From assembly GCF_006345805.1 (NCBI RefSeq), contig NC_043006.1, positions 68,696,001 to 68,760,000 on the forward strand: a stretch of 64,000 nt of DNA, in the 5' to 3' direction. Origin of the DNA: Octopus sinensis. Lineage: Eukaryota. Positions within the stretch are counted from its first letter, which is position 1, and each line of letters opens with the position of its first letter. A program made the position numbers and the translations under genes. Positions 10,459-23,424 of the stretch are shown here, in pieces. A model generated the notes under the pieces. It made no database searches. It saw only the letters and a program-made list of their open reading frames with translations, and had not been told where the DNA came from.

Positions 10459-10888
10459 CAGTGCTGGGTTAACTAACCATTAAGCAAAGTAAGCACATGC
10501 TTAGAACATTGAGGGAAGGAAGAGGCACCACAGAAATGGTAAATGGTTTACGGCACAAAAGAAATCATTTTAAACTTGCTAAAATAATATTCAGAATGTC
10601 TTTATCTCTACTAAGTATAGATGCAGATGTGTTACCTAAGATTAATTTTGAGGATCTGATCAAAGACTCTGCAGTTAAAAAAAGGTAGGAGGAAACTTTT
10701 CAAATATAAATAAAATGGAAGTATACACAAATAAACATTATTTTCCCTCTTACTGTTTTGCTTTGTTTTGAAAAATGAAAATTCATTTTATGGTTTGTTA
10801 TCATTTATATTTTGAATTACATAATTTTTTATGGGGGCACCAAAATCTTTTAAGTGCTTATGGCCTTGATGGGTCTTGATCTGGTCCT

Positions 10889-10889
<1 letters not shown>
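10459..10889 (+). mobile_element. hAT-derived non-autonomous element with transposase C-terminal remnant
   Basis: Degenerate TIRs cagtgctgggttaa / ttgatctggtcctg. ORF 10497-10688 has LSLLSIDADVLPKINFEDLIKDSAVKK, resembling the hAT dimerisation-domain end. Confidence 0.65.
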
Positions 10890-10926
<37 letters not shown>

Positions 10927-10944
10927 TTTAAAGTTACTTGCTGG

Positions 10945-11255
10945 TAATTCAGCGGTTATGACAACAAAGGTTCCAGTTGATCCAATCAATGGAACAACCT
11001 GCTTGTAAAGTTAACCTGCAAATGGCTGAGTACTCCACAGTCATGCAAACCCATATTATAGTTCTCAGCATGACAGAATGTGACAAGGCTGGCCTTTTGA
11101 AATACAGGTACAACCTATTTTTGCTAGCCGAGTGGGGTGGACTGAACCAAAGAAAAATAAAGGGTCTTGCTCAAGGTCATAACACACCACTGGGTATTGA
11201 ACTCCTGACCTTACAATTGTGAGTTTAATACCCCTAACCTCTAAACAATATACCT
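10945..11255 (-). mobile_element. SINE-C group tRNA-derived element
   Basis: Shares gggttccagttgat...gacaaggctggcc(c)tttgaaatacagg... with 18600-18885; tRNA-like head at the right end. Confidence 0.7.
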
Positions 11256-11299
11256 GAACAAGTTACATATTATGACTCTAACATTCACAACACACATGG

Positions 11300-12310
11300 A
11301 CAATATAAATATAACAAAATGATGCACAGATAGACTTAAAGCAATCACAGGTGTAACATTTGTTGAACAGGAACAATGATGTGTATAAACAATATATTAA
11401 GTTCTTCATGGACTTTGACTGGCTTACTTGGCCCTCTTGATCTCTCCACAAGAAAGCACAATAGACTACAAAGAACACAACATAGGTTGTACATCATATG
11501 TGTCCACTGACCCCACAACACAATGAAACCAAAATACGAAATATGAAAGACTATCTGAGCATGTAAGAAGCACAGCTTGTTGCAGTGACCTTTGACACTA
11601 ACAATCCCTGCCATTACAAGCTGGGAGAAAAAACTCCTCCAAACACCCAAGTACATATACAACAGCCCAAGCTGAATATGAGTCAGGTTTTTGCACTGGA
11701 CAAGGATCTAACGACAATATTTTCAGCTTGTTAACAAGGAACTAATAATACGAACAGAGACTTGACATCTATCACTGCTTCATTGATTTCACTAAGGTCT
11801 TTAGTGTTTAAACCAGCCATATCCGGCCCAAATAATCTATCTGTTTTCTGTTTAAACTGCTCTGATTTGGTATCTCACACCAACCTATAATGTCAATCTA
11901 AAAACAGGTGATAACATCATCGAAATCTTAAAGCTACGAAATAATGCATGATTAGCTTAAAACAATATGGATGAAAAAATATTATATTTGACAGAATAAT
12001 CTGAATGCTAAAGGGTTAATCCAGTGAACCATGGTACATCAGAAACAATTATGAGAAAAGTTAGTTATTCTGATAAATTTGTGAATATGATCAGATCCTA
12101 TCTTGGTGACAGGAGATCATATGTTGTAATTGGTGGAGAATGACTTAATCAGTGGTGGCGTAAAACAGGGTGATATGATCACTCCTTCTTTATTTGTCCA
12201 ATACTCCACAATAGATTTTGCAATCAAGACTGTTCTACGGATTGTGTTCTATTCTTGGTATTTAGATATTTCACATGAATTAGTACCCCACTCCTACACT
12301 GTTATCAGGT
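11300..12310 (+). pseudogene. Old RTE LINE RT fragment (N-terminal part), interrupted by a MITE
   Basis: ESGFCTGQGSNDNIF...IYHCFIDFTKVF, then VNHG...KFVNMIRS...GVKQGDMITPSLF. Confidence 0.7.
11797..12015. mobile_element. piggyBac-like MITE copy
   Basis: Right end gaatgctaaaggg|ttaa; internal sequence as in 79-298. Confidence 0.7.
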
Positions 12311-12689
12311 AGTAAGTTATTGATAATATCAGATTTCCGCTGAGCAATTAAATTAGTCAGGCAAAGTCTGTGTGTGATTTAAAGTAGACCATACTGAACT
12401 AAAAGTGTGTGCACTGTTGAACAAAGAAATTAAGTCAATACGAAAATAATAGGATGATGATGATGATGATAACAATGATGATGATGATGATAATGATGAT
12501 GATGTTGATGATGTGTTAAGAAGAAAATGTAACATGCTTGAATGAAGAAAAGTTCGCATACAGTAATTCTGTGTATTAAGCCTGAATAAAATAGTGATTC
12601 ATTACTAAGAAAAATGCAAGAGAAAAATACATTACTTAAAATACACAGAAGAATTTTCCAGAGTCATTCACACCGTCTGATTTTATCTT

Positions 12690-12810
12690 TTATCTTTGAC
12701 TTCTTCTAGTGTTTGGACTGTGGCCATGCTGGAGCACCACCACCTTGAACAGCTCAACTCTCAGTACATATGCTATTGTCTCCTTTTGCTGAGCTGGTAA
12801 GTTACAGTGG
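12690..12810 (-). mobile_element. SINE-A 3' fragment
   Basis: gactgtggccatgctggagcaccacc is the reverse complement of the SINE-A tail. Confidence 0.65.
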
Positions 12811-13475
12811 TGTATTTTCTATACTGGTGTAGTTTGCATGTTAATGATGAAAATCACATTGTTATCTCTTTTTTTTTTTTACAGAAATTAATAATAAAAA
12901 CTTACAAATATTTGAAGTATGTAATTTTGACCAATCAAAAGCCTCCATTATCAACATGTTGGAAGTTGCACTTGTTGCTTGATTCCATAGCTTGGTGTTT
13001 GAACCAGTGCAAGCTGTAGTATTATAATTTAGGGTTTAGGGTTAGTGTTAAAGTTTAGTGTTACTGTAAGACGGATAGGTTTAGGACCTCGGGCTAAGAC
13101 TAGCATTTAGGGAGGTTTACAATTATGGTTTAGGGTTAGGGATAGGTACAAAATTTGTGATCTCTTGAAAAAACTGAGTGTGTAGCATATTGTCAGTGAC
13201 TTATTGTCTTTATTTCAGAACTTTTCTTTACACTTTTTCCATTTTATATTAGAAGGTTATATAACATTGTCATATTATTTCATTAATTTTTCTCATTTTT
13301 AAAAGGATTTCATAATAATTTAGATTTTCTGTCACTAATTTTTTTATATTCATATAAAAGAAAACATCTTTCAAAACGTAATATTTTAATTTTTGTATCT
13401 TCAAAACATGGAAATTAGAACTTCCTGTATGTCTATTATAGCAGCTTATGATTAGCTAAAAATTTCAAACTTTAA

Positions 13476-13988
13476 CCCTTTTGCAGTTAAGCCAGCCATA
13501 GCCAACACAAATATTCTACATGTTTTATGTTCACACTGTCAAAATCTGGCCTTTCATACTTACCATACTTTGCTAGTCTAAAACTATACAATCACATCAT
13601 CAAAGTCTTAAAGCTAGGAGATAATGCATAATTAATTTTTTAAAAATCATCATCATCATCGTTTAACGTCCGTTTTCCATGTTAGCATGGGTTGGACAGT
13701 TTGACCGGAGTCTGGGAACCAGGAGGCTGTACCAGGCTCCAGTCTGATCTTGCAGTGTTTCTACAGCTGGATGCCCTTCCTAACGCCAACCACTCCATGA
13801 GTGTAGTGGGAGCTTTTTATGTGCCACCGTCACAGGTACCAGGGGAGGCTGGCAATGGCCACAATCGGTTGGTGCTTTTTACGTGCCACCAGCATGGAAG
13901 CCAGTCAAGGTGGCACTGGTATCGACCACGTACGGATGGTGCTTTTTACGTGCCAGAAATGTGACAGATAAATATGAATGTTAAAGAG
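13476..13988. mobile_element. piggyBac-like MITE copy interrupted by an RTE 3' end
   Basis: ttaa|cccttttgcagtt ... gaatgttaaagag|ttaa, with an insertion at 13647-13955. Confidence 0.7.
13647..13955 (-). mobile_element. RTE LINE 3' end (tandem-repeat 3' UTR, (GAT)n tail)
   Basis: catcatcatcgtttaacgtccgttttccatg... is the reverse complement of the tail at 23100-23150. Confidence 0.8.
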
Positions 13989-14469
13989 TTAAAGGTTTAT
14001 AACTTTATCATTGTTAATTTCTGAGAAAAATGTTATTAACCTACATTAGTGTAGAAAATGTGAACAAAATCAGACAGTGTGAATAAAACCATGACATCAA
14101 TGGACATAAAACATTTAAGAACTGGAATATGTGATAAATATGAATGATGAGAGTGTGTGAGAAAATGGCTTTATAGTGTCATTGGTCAATATTGCAACAA
14201 TCGCTGATAAAATATTGAACCTGTTAGCTCTTATACAAAACAGGTTGTTCAAATATAGTTACAAAAGATAATCACTCCAAAATTAAAAATAATTAAGAAC
14301 ATGGCATAGTTGTCAACCATGATTGGTTGAAATGGAATTAAAATAGTGTTATGTAACATGCAATGAAAAAAAATAGTTCTGGAACCAGCTTTGAAAGTGA
14401 ATTTGACAGAAAATGCTAGTCCATTTTCATTGGTTAAAACTAGTCATATGATGTACAAAAATAAACAGC

Positions 14470-15060
14470 TTGTTTCAGCCATTTTTTTTTTATATTCAGT
14501 TTTGCACAGATCAGAAAATCCCTACAGAGTATTTATCTCTATTACTGAACAACTAAATACTAAGTACGTCATTCTCAAATGGCTTAATCCTAAATCACAT
14601 ACATTTGTATCTCTGATAAGAGATATCTTATATGTTGATGATTGTGATATCACCACACACAATAAAAATGTTCTTCAAACTCCAATGGATAATATTTCGT
14701 TGGTATGTAACATGTTACGCCTCACAATAAATCTTGATAAAATTATTGTTCTTTATCAGTCTGCCTTGGAAAGCCTTGTGTATTCCTAAAATAACAGCAT
14801 AAAGGTATAACTTTGAAAAAAAACATACCTTCTATCAAATATCTTGGCAGCCTACCCGAATAGAGATGAACATCTTGAAATTGCAAGCAGAATTAAAAAT
14901 CACAGATATTGCTTGAAAATAAAATCTTTGGGTTAAAATTTTTTAAAAACGTCACTAAAAGATCTATTTTCAGACTATGTATTTTTATCTTTGTTATACT
15001 AGCTGTGACACATGGACATTTGAAAACTTGTTAGTTGGAGTGTCTTTGACAAAGATATTT
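14470..15060 (+). pseudogene. Old RTE LINE RT fragment (YxDD region)
   Basis: ORF 14391-14789: LIRDILYVDDCDI...LQTPMDNISLVCNMLRLTINLDKIIVLYQ (cf. IRELLFADDCAL...LTINLKKTEV). Confidence 0.8.
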
Positions 15061-15164
15061 ATCTTGAAGAGACCATACAAGTAGTATTGTGGTTGTAGGT
15101 GGTGGGGGGACCTTGCCGGAAGTATAGTGTTAGTAACATTACGTGAGTGGCTAGGGGTTAGTGA

Positions 15165-15680
15165 CATTATGTAAGTGGAAGGACAACCAGTGTGGGGTCT
15201 CCTTTCCCTTTAGCTATCTCTTCAAACAGACATGTTTGCTGTGTGAACTCCACAATTAAAAATGGAAATTGTAGTTGTGGCTGATGCCAGTACCACCTGA
15301 CTGGCTCTTGTGCTGGTGACACGCAATAAGCACCATTCACGCGTGGGTCATTTCCAGTGCCCCCTGACTGGCTCACCGTGCCTGTGGGATGTAAAAAGCA
15401 CCATCCGAATGTGGCTGATGCCAGACTCCCTGCCCCAGCTGGCTCCTATGCTGGTAGCCTGTAAAAGGCACCATCTGAACGTGGCCAATGCCAGTGCTGC
15501 CTGACTGGCTACACCCAGTACACTCTTTGAGTGGTTGGCATTAGGAAGGGCATCCAGCTGTAGAAACATTGCCAGATCAGACTGGAGCCTGGTGCAGCCT
15601 CCTTGCTTGCCAGTCCCCAGTCAAACCATTCAACCCATGCCAGCATGGAAAAGGATGTTAAACGATGATGATGATGATGA
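15165..15680 (+). mobile_element. RTE LINE 3' UTR with ~65-70 bp tandem units and (GAT)n tail
   Basis: Same family as 22485-23155. Confidence 0.75.
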
Positions 15681-15689
15681 TGTTGTTCT

Positions 15690-16150
15690 GGCCAGATGCT
15701 AGGCCTGTTGGGGTCTCATGGATATAATCCATCTGGATGAGATCAGTGTTAAGCAAGTACCCACGGGGTAGGTGAGCTACACTTTTTCCCATACAACAGT
15801 GGATTTGGAGTTACTAAAGGAATATTTTGAACATGGAAACTCTCTTGTAACTCAGGTAACAGAAGGAGGTCGGTAGGCCATATGGCTTGTATGGAAGATG
15901 AAAGAATTCAAAAAAAAATTCCTGAGAACTGTATTCTAATAACACACAGCAAACTGGGATTAAGCTTCAAATATCACTTTAAATCTGACCTGAAATGAAT
16001 AATATTCATATCGAAAGTTTGGGAAAATGCTGTTGGTAACGCATGATGGGGAAAACTATATTCCAAACCTTCAAGAATTTTGAAGAGAACTGCATTAATT
16101 ACACAAATTGTAATGTGATATGAGGAAAGAAGCCTCAGAGATATTAATAT
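15690..16150 (+). pseudogene. Old RTE LINE ORF2 C-terminal fragment
   Basis: HMACMEDERI...FKSDLK (cf. HVxRMEDERIPK...RFKDxLKxDLK). Confidence 0.55.
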
Positions 16151-16226
16151 ATTAATAATCTCTTCAATGTTCAACTTGTAATTCAGTCTGTCTTCGTGGT
16201 GTATGTATGTATGCATTGATATATAT

Positions 16227-17075
16227 ATATCATCATCATCATCATCATCATCATCGTTTAACGTCCGTTTTCCATGCTGGCATGGGTTGGATGTTTGACT
16301 GGGGACTGGAAAGCCAGGAGGCCACACCAGGCTCTAGTTTGATCTGGCAACGTTTCTGCTGCTGGATGCCTTTCCTAATGCCAACCACTCCAAGAGTGTA
16401 GTGGATGCTTTTTACATGCCACTGGCACAGGAGCCAGTCATGCAGCACTGGCATCAGCCACATTCAGAATTTTTTTTGTAAGTGCTACCGGCACAGGAGC
16501 CAATCGGGGCAGGGGGGGGGGGCTGGCTTTGACCACATTCGGATGGTGCTTTTTATGTGCCACCTGCATGAGGAGCCAGTCAAGCGGCACTGGCAATGAC
16601 CCACGCATAAATGGTGCTTATTGCATTCCACTAGCACAGAAACCAGTCAGGCAGCACTGGTGTGGGCCACACTACAATTTCCATTTGATTGTGATTTGAT
16701 TTGATTTAATTTTGATTTTGATTTTACTTGACTCAATAGGTCTCCTCAAGCACGGCATGTCACCCGATGATTCAAAAGTACTTTTTAAATGGGCTGGTTA
16801 TGCGACACTGATGTAGGCTATGGCTGTGATCTCACTTTATTTGCCTGGTCTTCTCAATCACAGCATATCTCCAAACGTTTTGGTCTTTTGTCATTGCTTC
16901 TGTGAGGCCCAACATTCGAAGGTCATGCTTCACTACCTCATCCCATGTCTTCCTGGGCCTCTCTCTTCCATGGGTTCCTTCCACTATTAGGGAGTGACAT
17001 TTCTACACACAGGTCTCCTCATCCATACACAGCACATCACCATACCATCACAGTCATCTGTCTTGCACACCACAT
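16227..17075 (-). mobile_element. 5'-truncated RTE LINE (ORF2 C-terminus, 3' UTR tandem array, tail)
   Basis: Minus strand carries the ...VEGT.GRERPRKTWDEVVKHDLRMLGLTEAMTKD... motif. Homologous to 22485-23155. Confidence 0.8.
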
Positions 17076-17089
17076 TGGATACTTTTTAT

Positions 17090-17570
17090 GTCTTGAGTCA
17101 AGTTCAAGGTGGGGGTCATGTTCAATGACCAGCATAGTAGTATCATAATTTCACTGCTACAAGAGCAAAGTAAGTAGATTAGAGAGAGAGAGTCAAGAGT
17201 CAATTACAGTGGAGTATCAAATTGATAGATCAAGTTATGAATGTAACAGAAAGAGTTATGGCACAATTAACTAAAAAGAAAGTTTAGATGAGATGCAGAT
17301 AGGTCTGTGTTTGGAGAGGGGTACTGGCAATATCTCTTCCTGGTACAAACCTAAAATGTGTGTTTGGAGAGGGGTACTGGCAATATCTCTTCCTGGTACA
17401 AACTTAAAATGTATTTGCTGTGAAGTGGTACCACCAATGCCTTCTTCCTAGTGTATGTAAGAGAGATTCCTTGCTAAGAGTAAATCATTCTATCAAGCAT
17501 CTGTTGATCTGGAGAAGGCTTTTGATCTGGTGCCATACTCTTTATTTTGGTGGTCTTTTAAAAACTAGAT
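17090..17570 (+). pseudogene. RTE LINE RT fragment with 53-bp tandem duplication
   Basis: IKLIDQVMNVTERV...DEMQIG...VDLEKAFDLVP; duplicated units start at 17306 and 17359. Confidence 0.75.
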
Positions 17571-17960
17571 GTAGGCATGGGTTTGGCTGTGTGGTAAGAG
17601 GTTTGCTTCTTAGTCACATGGTTCCACATGTGTGACACCATGTGCAAATGTGTTTTACTCTATTCCCAGGTCAAGCGAAGTTCTTCTGGGTGTTATGTGT
17701 GTGTGAGTGTGTTTGTTGTTTCCTTGGCTTGACATCATAGGATACTTGTAAATGAGTGTCCCTGCCATACTGTGTCATTCATTTCCAATCTTCTGCGAGA
17801 AAATTTATGGCCATGAAAGGAAATATTACCTTGTGTGGAAACAGGGGAGGGTTGGTGACAGAAAGCTGTAGAAAATCTGTTTCAAGTAAACTCCATCCAA
17901 CCCATGCAAGTATGGAAAAGTGAACATTAAATGAAGATGATGAAGATGATGATGATGACG
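17570..17960 (+). mobile_element. SINE-A head with RTE-like tail
   Basis: ggctgtgtggtaagaggtttgcttc head; ends ccaacccatgcaagtatggaaaagtgaacattaaatgaagatgatg. Confidence 0.6.
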
Positions 17961-18089
17961 ACGCTGGTGATGATGATGACCATGATGACGAGGAAGAAGA
18001 GAGGGAGGCGGCTTTGATGATTGGCCTGTAGAAGTTATGTAAGTCTTGTACAGAGATGTTGCCAGCAAGCTGTATATATATATATATGT

Positions 18090-18300
18090 TTGTGCGTCTG
18101 TGTTTGTCTCCCAACATTGCTTGACAACCAATGCTGGTGTGTTTATGTCCCCATAACTTAGCGGTTCGGCAAAAGAAACCGATAGAGTAAGTACCAGGCT
18201 TACAAAGAATAAGTCCTGGGGTCGATTTGCTCTACTTAAAGGTGGTGTTCCAGCATGACCACAGTCAAATGACTGAAACAAATAAAAGAATAAAAGAATA
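18090..18300 (+). mobile_element. SINE-A 3' half
   Basis: Direct match to the SINE-A body and tail. Confidence 0.8.
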
Positions 18301-18339
18301 TATACATATATATATATATCTATCTATCTATCTATCCGC

Positions 18340-18600
18340 TCAGCCGAAGTCAACTCTCGGTTACTCGTTGGATCAGTGTCCTCCAGTCAGTTCTATCCTG
18401 GGCCACTTCTTTCAGATTGGCTATGTTCATTCCGGTATCACTCTTGATGGTATCAAGCCAGCGGGTTCTTGGTTGGCCTCTTCCTCTCTTGCCACTGACC
18501 ATTCTGAGCATGATGTCCTTCTGGGATTTTCTCCGCATAATATGACCGAAATATGCCAATCTATGCTTGGTGATCCTAGCTTCTAGGATCACTCTGTCGG
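18340..18600 (-). pseudogene. RTE/BovB-like LINE ORF2 C-terminal fragment
   Basis: ORF 18350-18634: LEARITKHRLAYFGHIMRR...GKRGRGQPRTRWLDTIK...DRTDWR. Confidence 0.85.
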
Positions 18601-18885
18601 TTTTGACGATGAGGGTTCCAGTTGATATGATCAATGGAACAGATTCCTCATGAAATTAACATGCAAGTGGCTGAACACTCCACAGACATGTGAACCCTAA
18701 ACATAGTTCACAGAGAGATTCAGTGTGACACAGAGTGTGACAAGGCTGGCCCTTTGAAATACAGGTGCTACTCATTTTTGCCAGCTTAGTGGACTGGAGG
18801 AACGTGAAATAAAGTTGCTGGGAATTGGACTCATGACCTTATGATTGTTAGCTTATTGCCCTAACCACTAAGCTATGCACCTTCA
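18600..18885 (-). mobile_element. SINE-C group tRNA-derived element
   Basis: Homologous to 10945-11255; head gaaggtgcatagcttagtggttaggg. Confidence 0.7.
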
Positions 18886-18945
18886 CACACACATACACAC
18901 ATGTCTATTAGTTAGAGGTTACGCAACCATCTAAGGGATAATAAA

Positions 18946-19306
18946 TATCCAACATACTATTGGGTGTATACCTATGTATTTATATCCAAGTGCTTACTAT
19001 TGCAGGGCAATATCACATTTGAATACTAGGTATGAGTGGAAGTAAAACAGAAATTTATCCAGAATTTATGAGGCAAATAAGAAAATGGAGAAGATAATCA
19101 ATCGACAGACATCAGCCTGTAGACATTATCCAACATACTATTGGGTGTATACCTATGTATTTATATCCAAGTGCTTACTATTGCAGGGCAATATCACATT
19201 TGAATACTAGGTATGAGTGGAAGTAAAACAGAAATTTATCCAGAATTTGAGGCAAATAAGAAAATGGAGAAGATAATCAATCGACAGACATCAGCCTGTA
19301 GACATT
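18946..19306 (+). repeat. Direct tandem duplication, ~181-bp unit
   Basis: tatccaacatactattgggtg...gtagacatt starts at 18946 and 19127; near-identical. Confidence 0.9.
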
Positions 19307-19738
19307 CATTTATTCATATCTATTTATTAATTGATTACAATCACATGTATAAGTAATCAGAATGAACCAATGAAATAAGCAAATAAACAAGTAAATAGAT
19401 AGATAAAAATAAACAAATAAATAAGAATAAATGAGTGAAAAATACTAAGGTCTTACGTCTGTTTCTTCTATGGGATTGCCCAATCTGCCAAGGACACAGA
19501 AACCTGGCAGACTGGGCAAGAAACAGCTGTAAAAGTTTAGTATCTTTTTACTCCTTTATTCTTATTCCTTTGTTTATTTTTATCTATTTATTTACTTGTT
19601 TATTTGCTTATTTCATTGGTTTATTCTGATTATTTATATATATGATTGAAATCAATTAATAAATAGATATAAATGAATGTCTACATACAGGCTGATGTCT
19701 ATTGATTTGATTATCCTCTCCATTTTCTTATTTGCCTT
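19250..19738. repeat. Foldback (long imperfect inverted repeat)
   Basis: ~210-bp arms (19250-19457 / 19528-19738) with a self-complementary centre (gcccaatctgccaagg/cctggcagactgggc). Confidence 0.85.
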
Positions 19739-19764
19739 ATATATATATATATATATTTATCATC

Positions 19765-20345
19765 ATCATCATTATCATCGTTTAACGTCCGCTTTCTATG
19801 CTAGCAGGGGTTGGACGATTTTGACTGAGGGCTGGCAAACCAGCTGGCTGCACTAGGCTCCAATCTTGATCTGGCAGAGTTTCTACAGCTGGATGCCCTT
19901 CCTAATGCCATATATATATATCATCAACATCCTCATCTTTTAACATCCATTGTCCATGCTTGCATAGGTTGGACAGTTTGATCAGGGCTGGTAAGCTGAG
20001 GGGCTGCATCAGACTCCAGTCTTATTTGGCATGGTTTCTACAGCTGCATGCCCTTTCTAATGCCAACCACTCTAAGAGTGTAATGAGTGCTTTTACGTGT
20101 CACTGGCATGGATGCCAGTGGCATGACACCAGTATTGGCCATGGCTATGATTTTGCTTGTCTCTATGGGTCTTCTTCTCAAGCATGGCATATTGCCAAAT
20201 GTCTTGGTCATTTGTCATTGCCTCTGTGGGGCCCAACGGCCAAAGGTGCTTTTTATGTACCACTGGCATTGGCCATATTTCCTCCATGAGGTCCAATACT
20301 CCACAGGTGCTATTTATGTGCCGCCAGCATGGGTGCCAGATGCCT
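19765..20345 (-). mobile_element. Two adjacent RTE LINE 3' ends
   Basis: catcgtttaacgtccgctttctatgc... (19765-19910) and catcc...tttaacatccattgtccatgc... (19922-20345). Confidence 0.75.
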
Positions 20346-20454
20346 CCATGAGGCTTTTTCTGATAGATAAATATATTGAAAGCTGCTTAAAGAATGGAAA
20401 GCTTAGACAGAGAGAGGGAGAAACAAGAAAGAGGGTAAGAGTGAGAGAGAGGGA

Positions 20455-20900
20455 GAGAGATAGGGAGAGAAAAAGAGGGAGCAAATGCCAAGTTATCAAG
20501 TAAACATGGATGTGAAGATTGATATTGATTACAAATGAAAGGTGTGTGCGTGCGCATGAATATGTGTTTGTGCTTGTGTTATGCAATAAATGTGAATAAA
20601 TAAATGTATGTAATGGTATTGTGTGAATGTGTGTGTATGTGTGTGTGTGTGTGTGTGTGCATGTGTGCATATGTATATGTCTTTGTTTTTGTCTTTGTGT
20701 GTGTATCTGTGTATCCATGCATGTGTGTGTTGTGTAATAAATGTGTCACAGTGAGGCTCTGATGTAAATGATGGAGCAAAAGCAAAGATTAAGAAACTCT
20801 TAAGATACAAGTTTCCAAGTTTGATGACATCATGAGAAACGAGGGAGTGTTTTCGGTGTTGGTGGTGATAGAGAAAATAGAGAAGAGAGAAAGAGAGAGT

Positions 20901-20953
<53 letters not shown>

Positions 20954-21396
20954 TAGGGAGAGAAAAAGAGAGAGCAAATGCCAAGTTATCAAGTAAACAT
21001 GGATGTGAAGATTGATATTGATTACAAATGAAAGGTGTGTGCGTGCGCATGAATATGTGTTTGTGCTTGTGTTATGCAATAAATGTGAATAAATAAATGT
21101 ATGTAATGGTATTGTGTGAATGTGTGTGTATGTGTGTGTGTGTGTGTGTGTGCATGTGTGCATATGTATATGTCTTTGTTTTTGTCTTTGTGTGTGTATC
21201 TGTGTATCCATGCATGTGTGTGTTGTGTAATAAATGTGTCACAGTGAGGCTCTGATGTAAATGATGGAGCAAAAGCAAAGATTAAGAAACTCTTAAGATA
21301 CAAGTTTCCAAGTTTGATGACATCATGAGAAACGAGGGAGTGTTTTCGGTGTTGGTGGTGATAGAGAAAATAGAGAAGAGAGAAAGAGAGAGTGAA

Positions 21397-21440
<44 letters not shown>
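20455..21440 (+). repeat. Near-identical tandem duplication, 493-bp period, bounded by (GA)n
   Basis: Identical ORF-track peptides at 20579 and 21072; the sequence repeats base for base. Confidence 0.9.
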
Positions 21441-21468
<28 letters not shown>

Positions 21469-21633
21469 AAGGCTATGAGGTGAAAAGATAATTTAATATC
21501 TCACTCATCCCTATCTCTTCTCTTTCCTCTCTGTCTCTCCTCCTTCTGTTATCTGTCTCTTCCTCTCTCCTTATCTCATTATCATACCTTAGTCGCTTCT
21601 TCGACTCCACCCTTCACTTTTTATCGGTTACTC

Positions 21634-21700
21634 CAGCAATCCCCCAACCTTTTTCACACCACGAACTGGTTTCATGTGAGACAGTTTTGCCACAGACCAT
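21634..21700 (+). mobile_element. hAT/Charlie-like terminal fragment
   Basis: cagcaatcccccaacctttt..caccacgaactggtttcatg...gacagttttgccacagacc resembles Charlie/MER1-type ends. Confidence 0.45.
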
Positions 21701-21749
21701 GAATCACATATATAGGAAAACAATAAAATGTGCCATATATAATTTAATT

Positions 21750-21825
21750 ACGGTAATCCCTCACCATATCGCGGATCACCTGTCGTGGTACAAATGTCGC
21801 GGTTCACCTATCACGGTTTACTATT
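21750..21825 (+). mobile_element. Tigger/pogo-like terminal fragment
   Basis: tacggtaatccctcaccatatcgcgg...tcgcggttcacctatcacgg. Confidence 0.4.
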
Positions 21826-21914
21826 TAAGCTTACATTGATTCCTCTGTGGGGATTTTTTGCATTTATAATAAAATAAATATATATAATTTATAAAAATAA
21901 TTAAAAAAAATATC

Positions 21915-23155
<1,241 letters not shown>

Positions 23156-23424
23156 GTTGTATATGGACTTCTTTCAGTTTCCATTTACTGAATTGAATCC
23201 ATTGACAAGGCTATAGTGGAAAACACCTTCCCAAGGTGTCACACAGTGGGACTGAACCCAGAACCATGTGGTTAAGAAGCAAACTTTGTGGCAGTGCTGG
23301 TGTCATGTAAATGACACCCATAAAACTGTAGTCATGGCCATTGCCAGTGACATGTAAAAGGCACCTGTGAATCATAGGCTGTGGTCATGGATGGGTGCCA
23401 TTTAAATGGCACCCATCATTTACT

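Noticed and set aside
13028-13143. Interstitial telomere
   Set aside because: Only scattered, degenerate TTAGGG-like units; more consistent with a repeat-element microsatellite.
16400-16680. Regularly spaced repeats suggesting a CRISPR-like array
   Set aside because: Whole ~65-70 bp units are homologous (no unique spacers) and lie in an RTE 3' UTR of a eukaryote.
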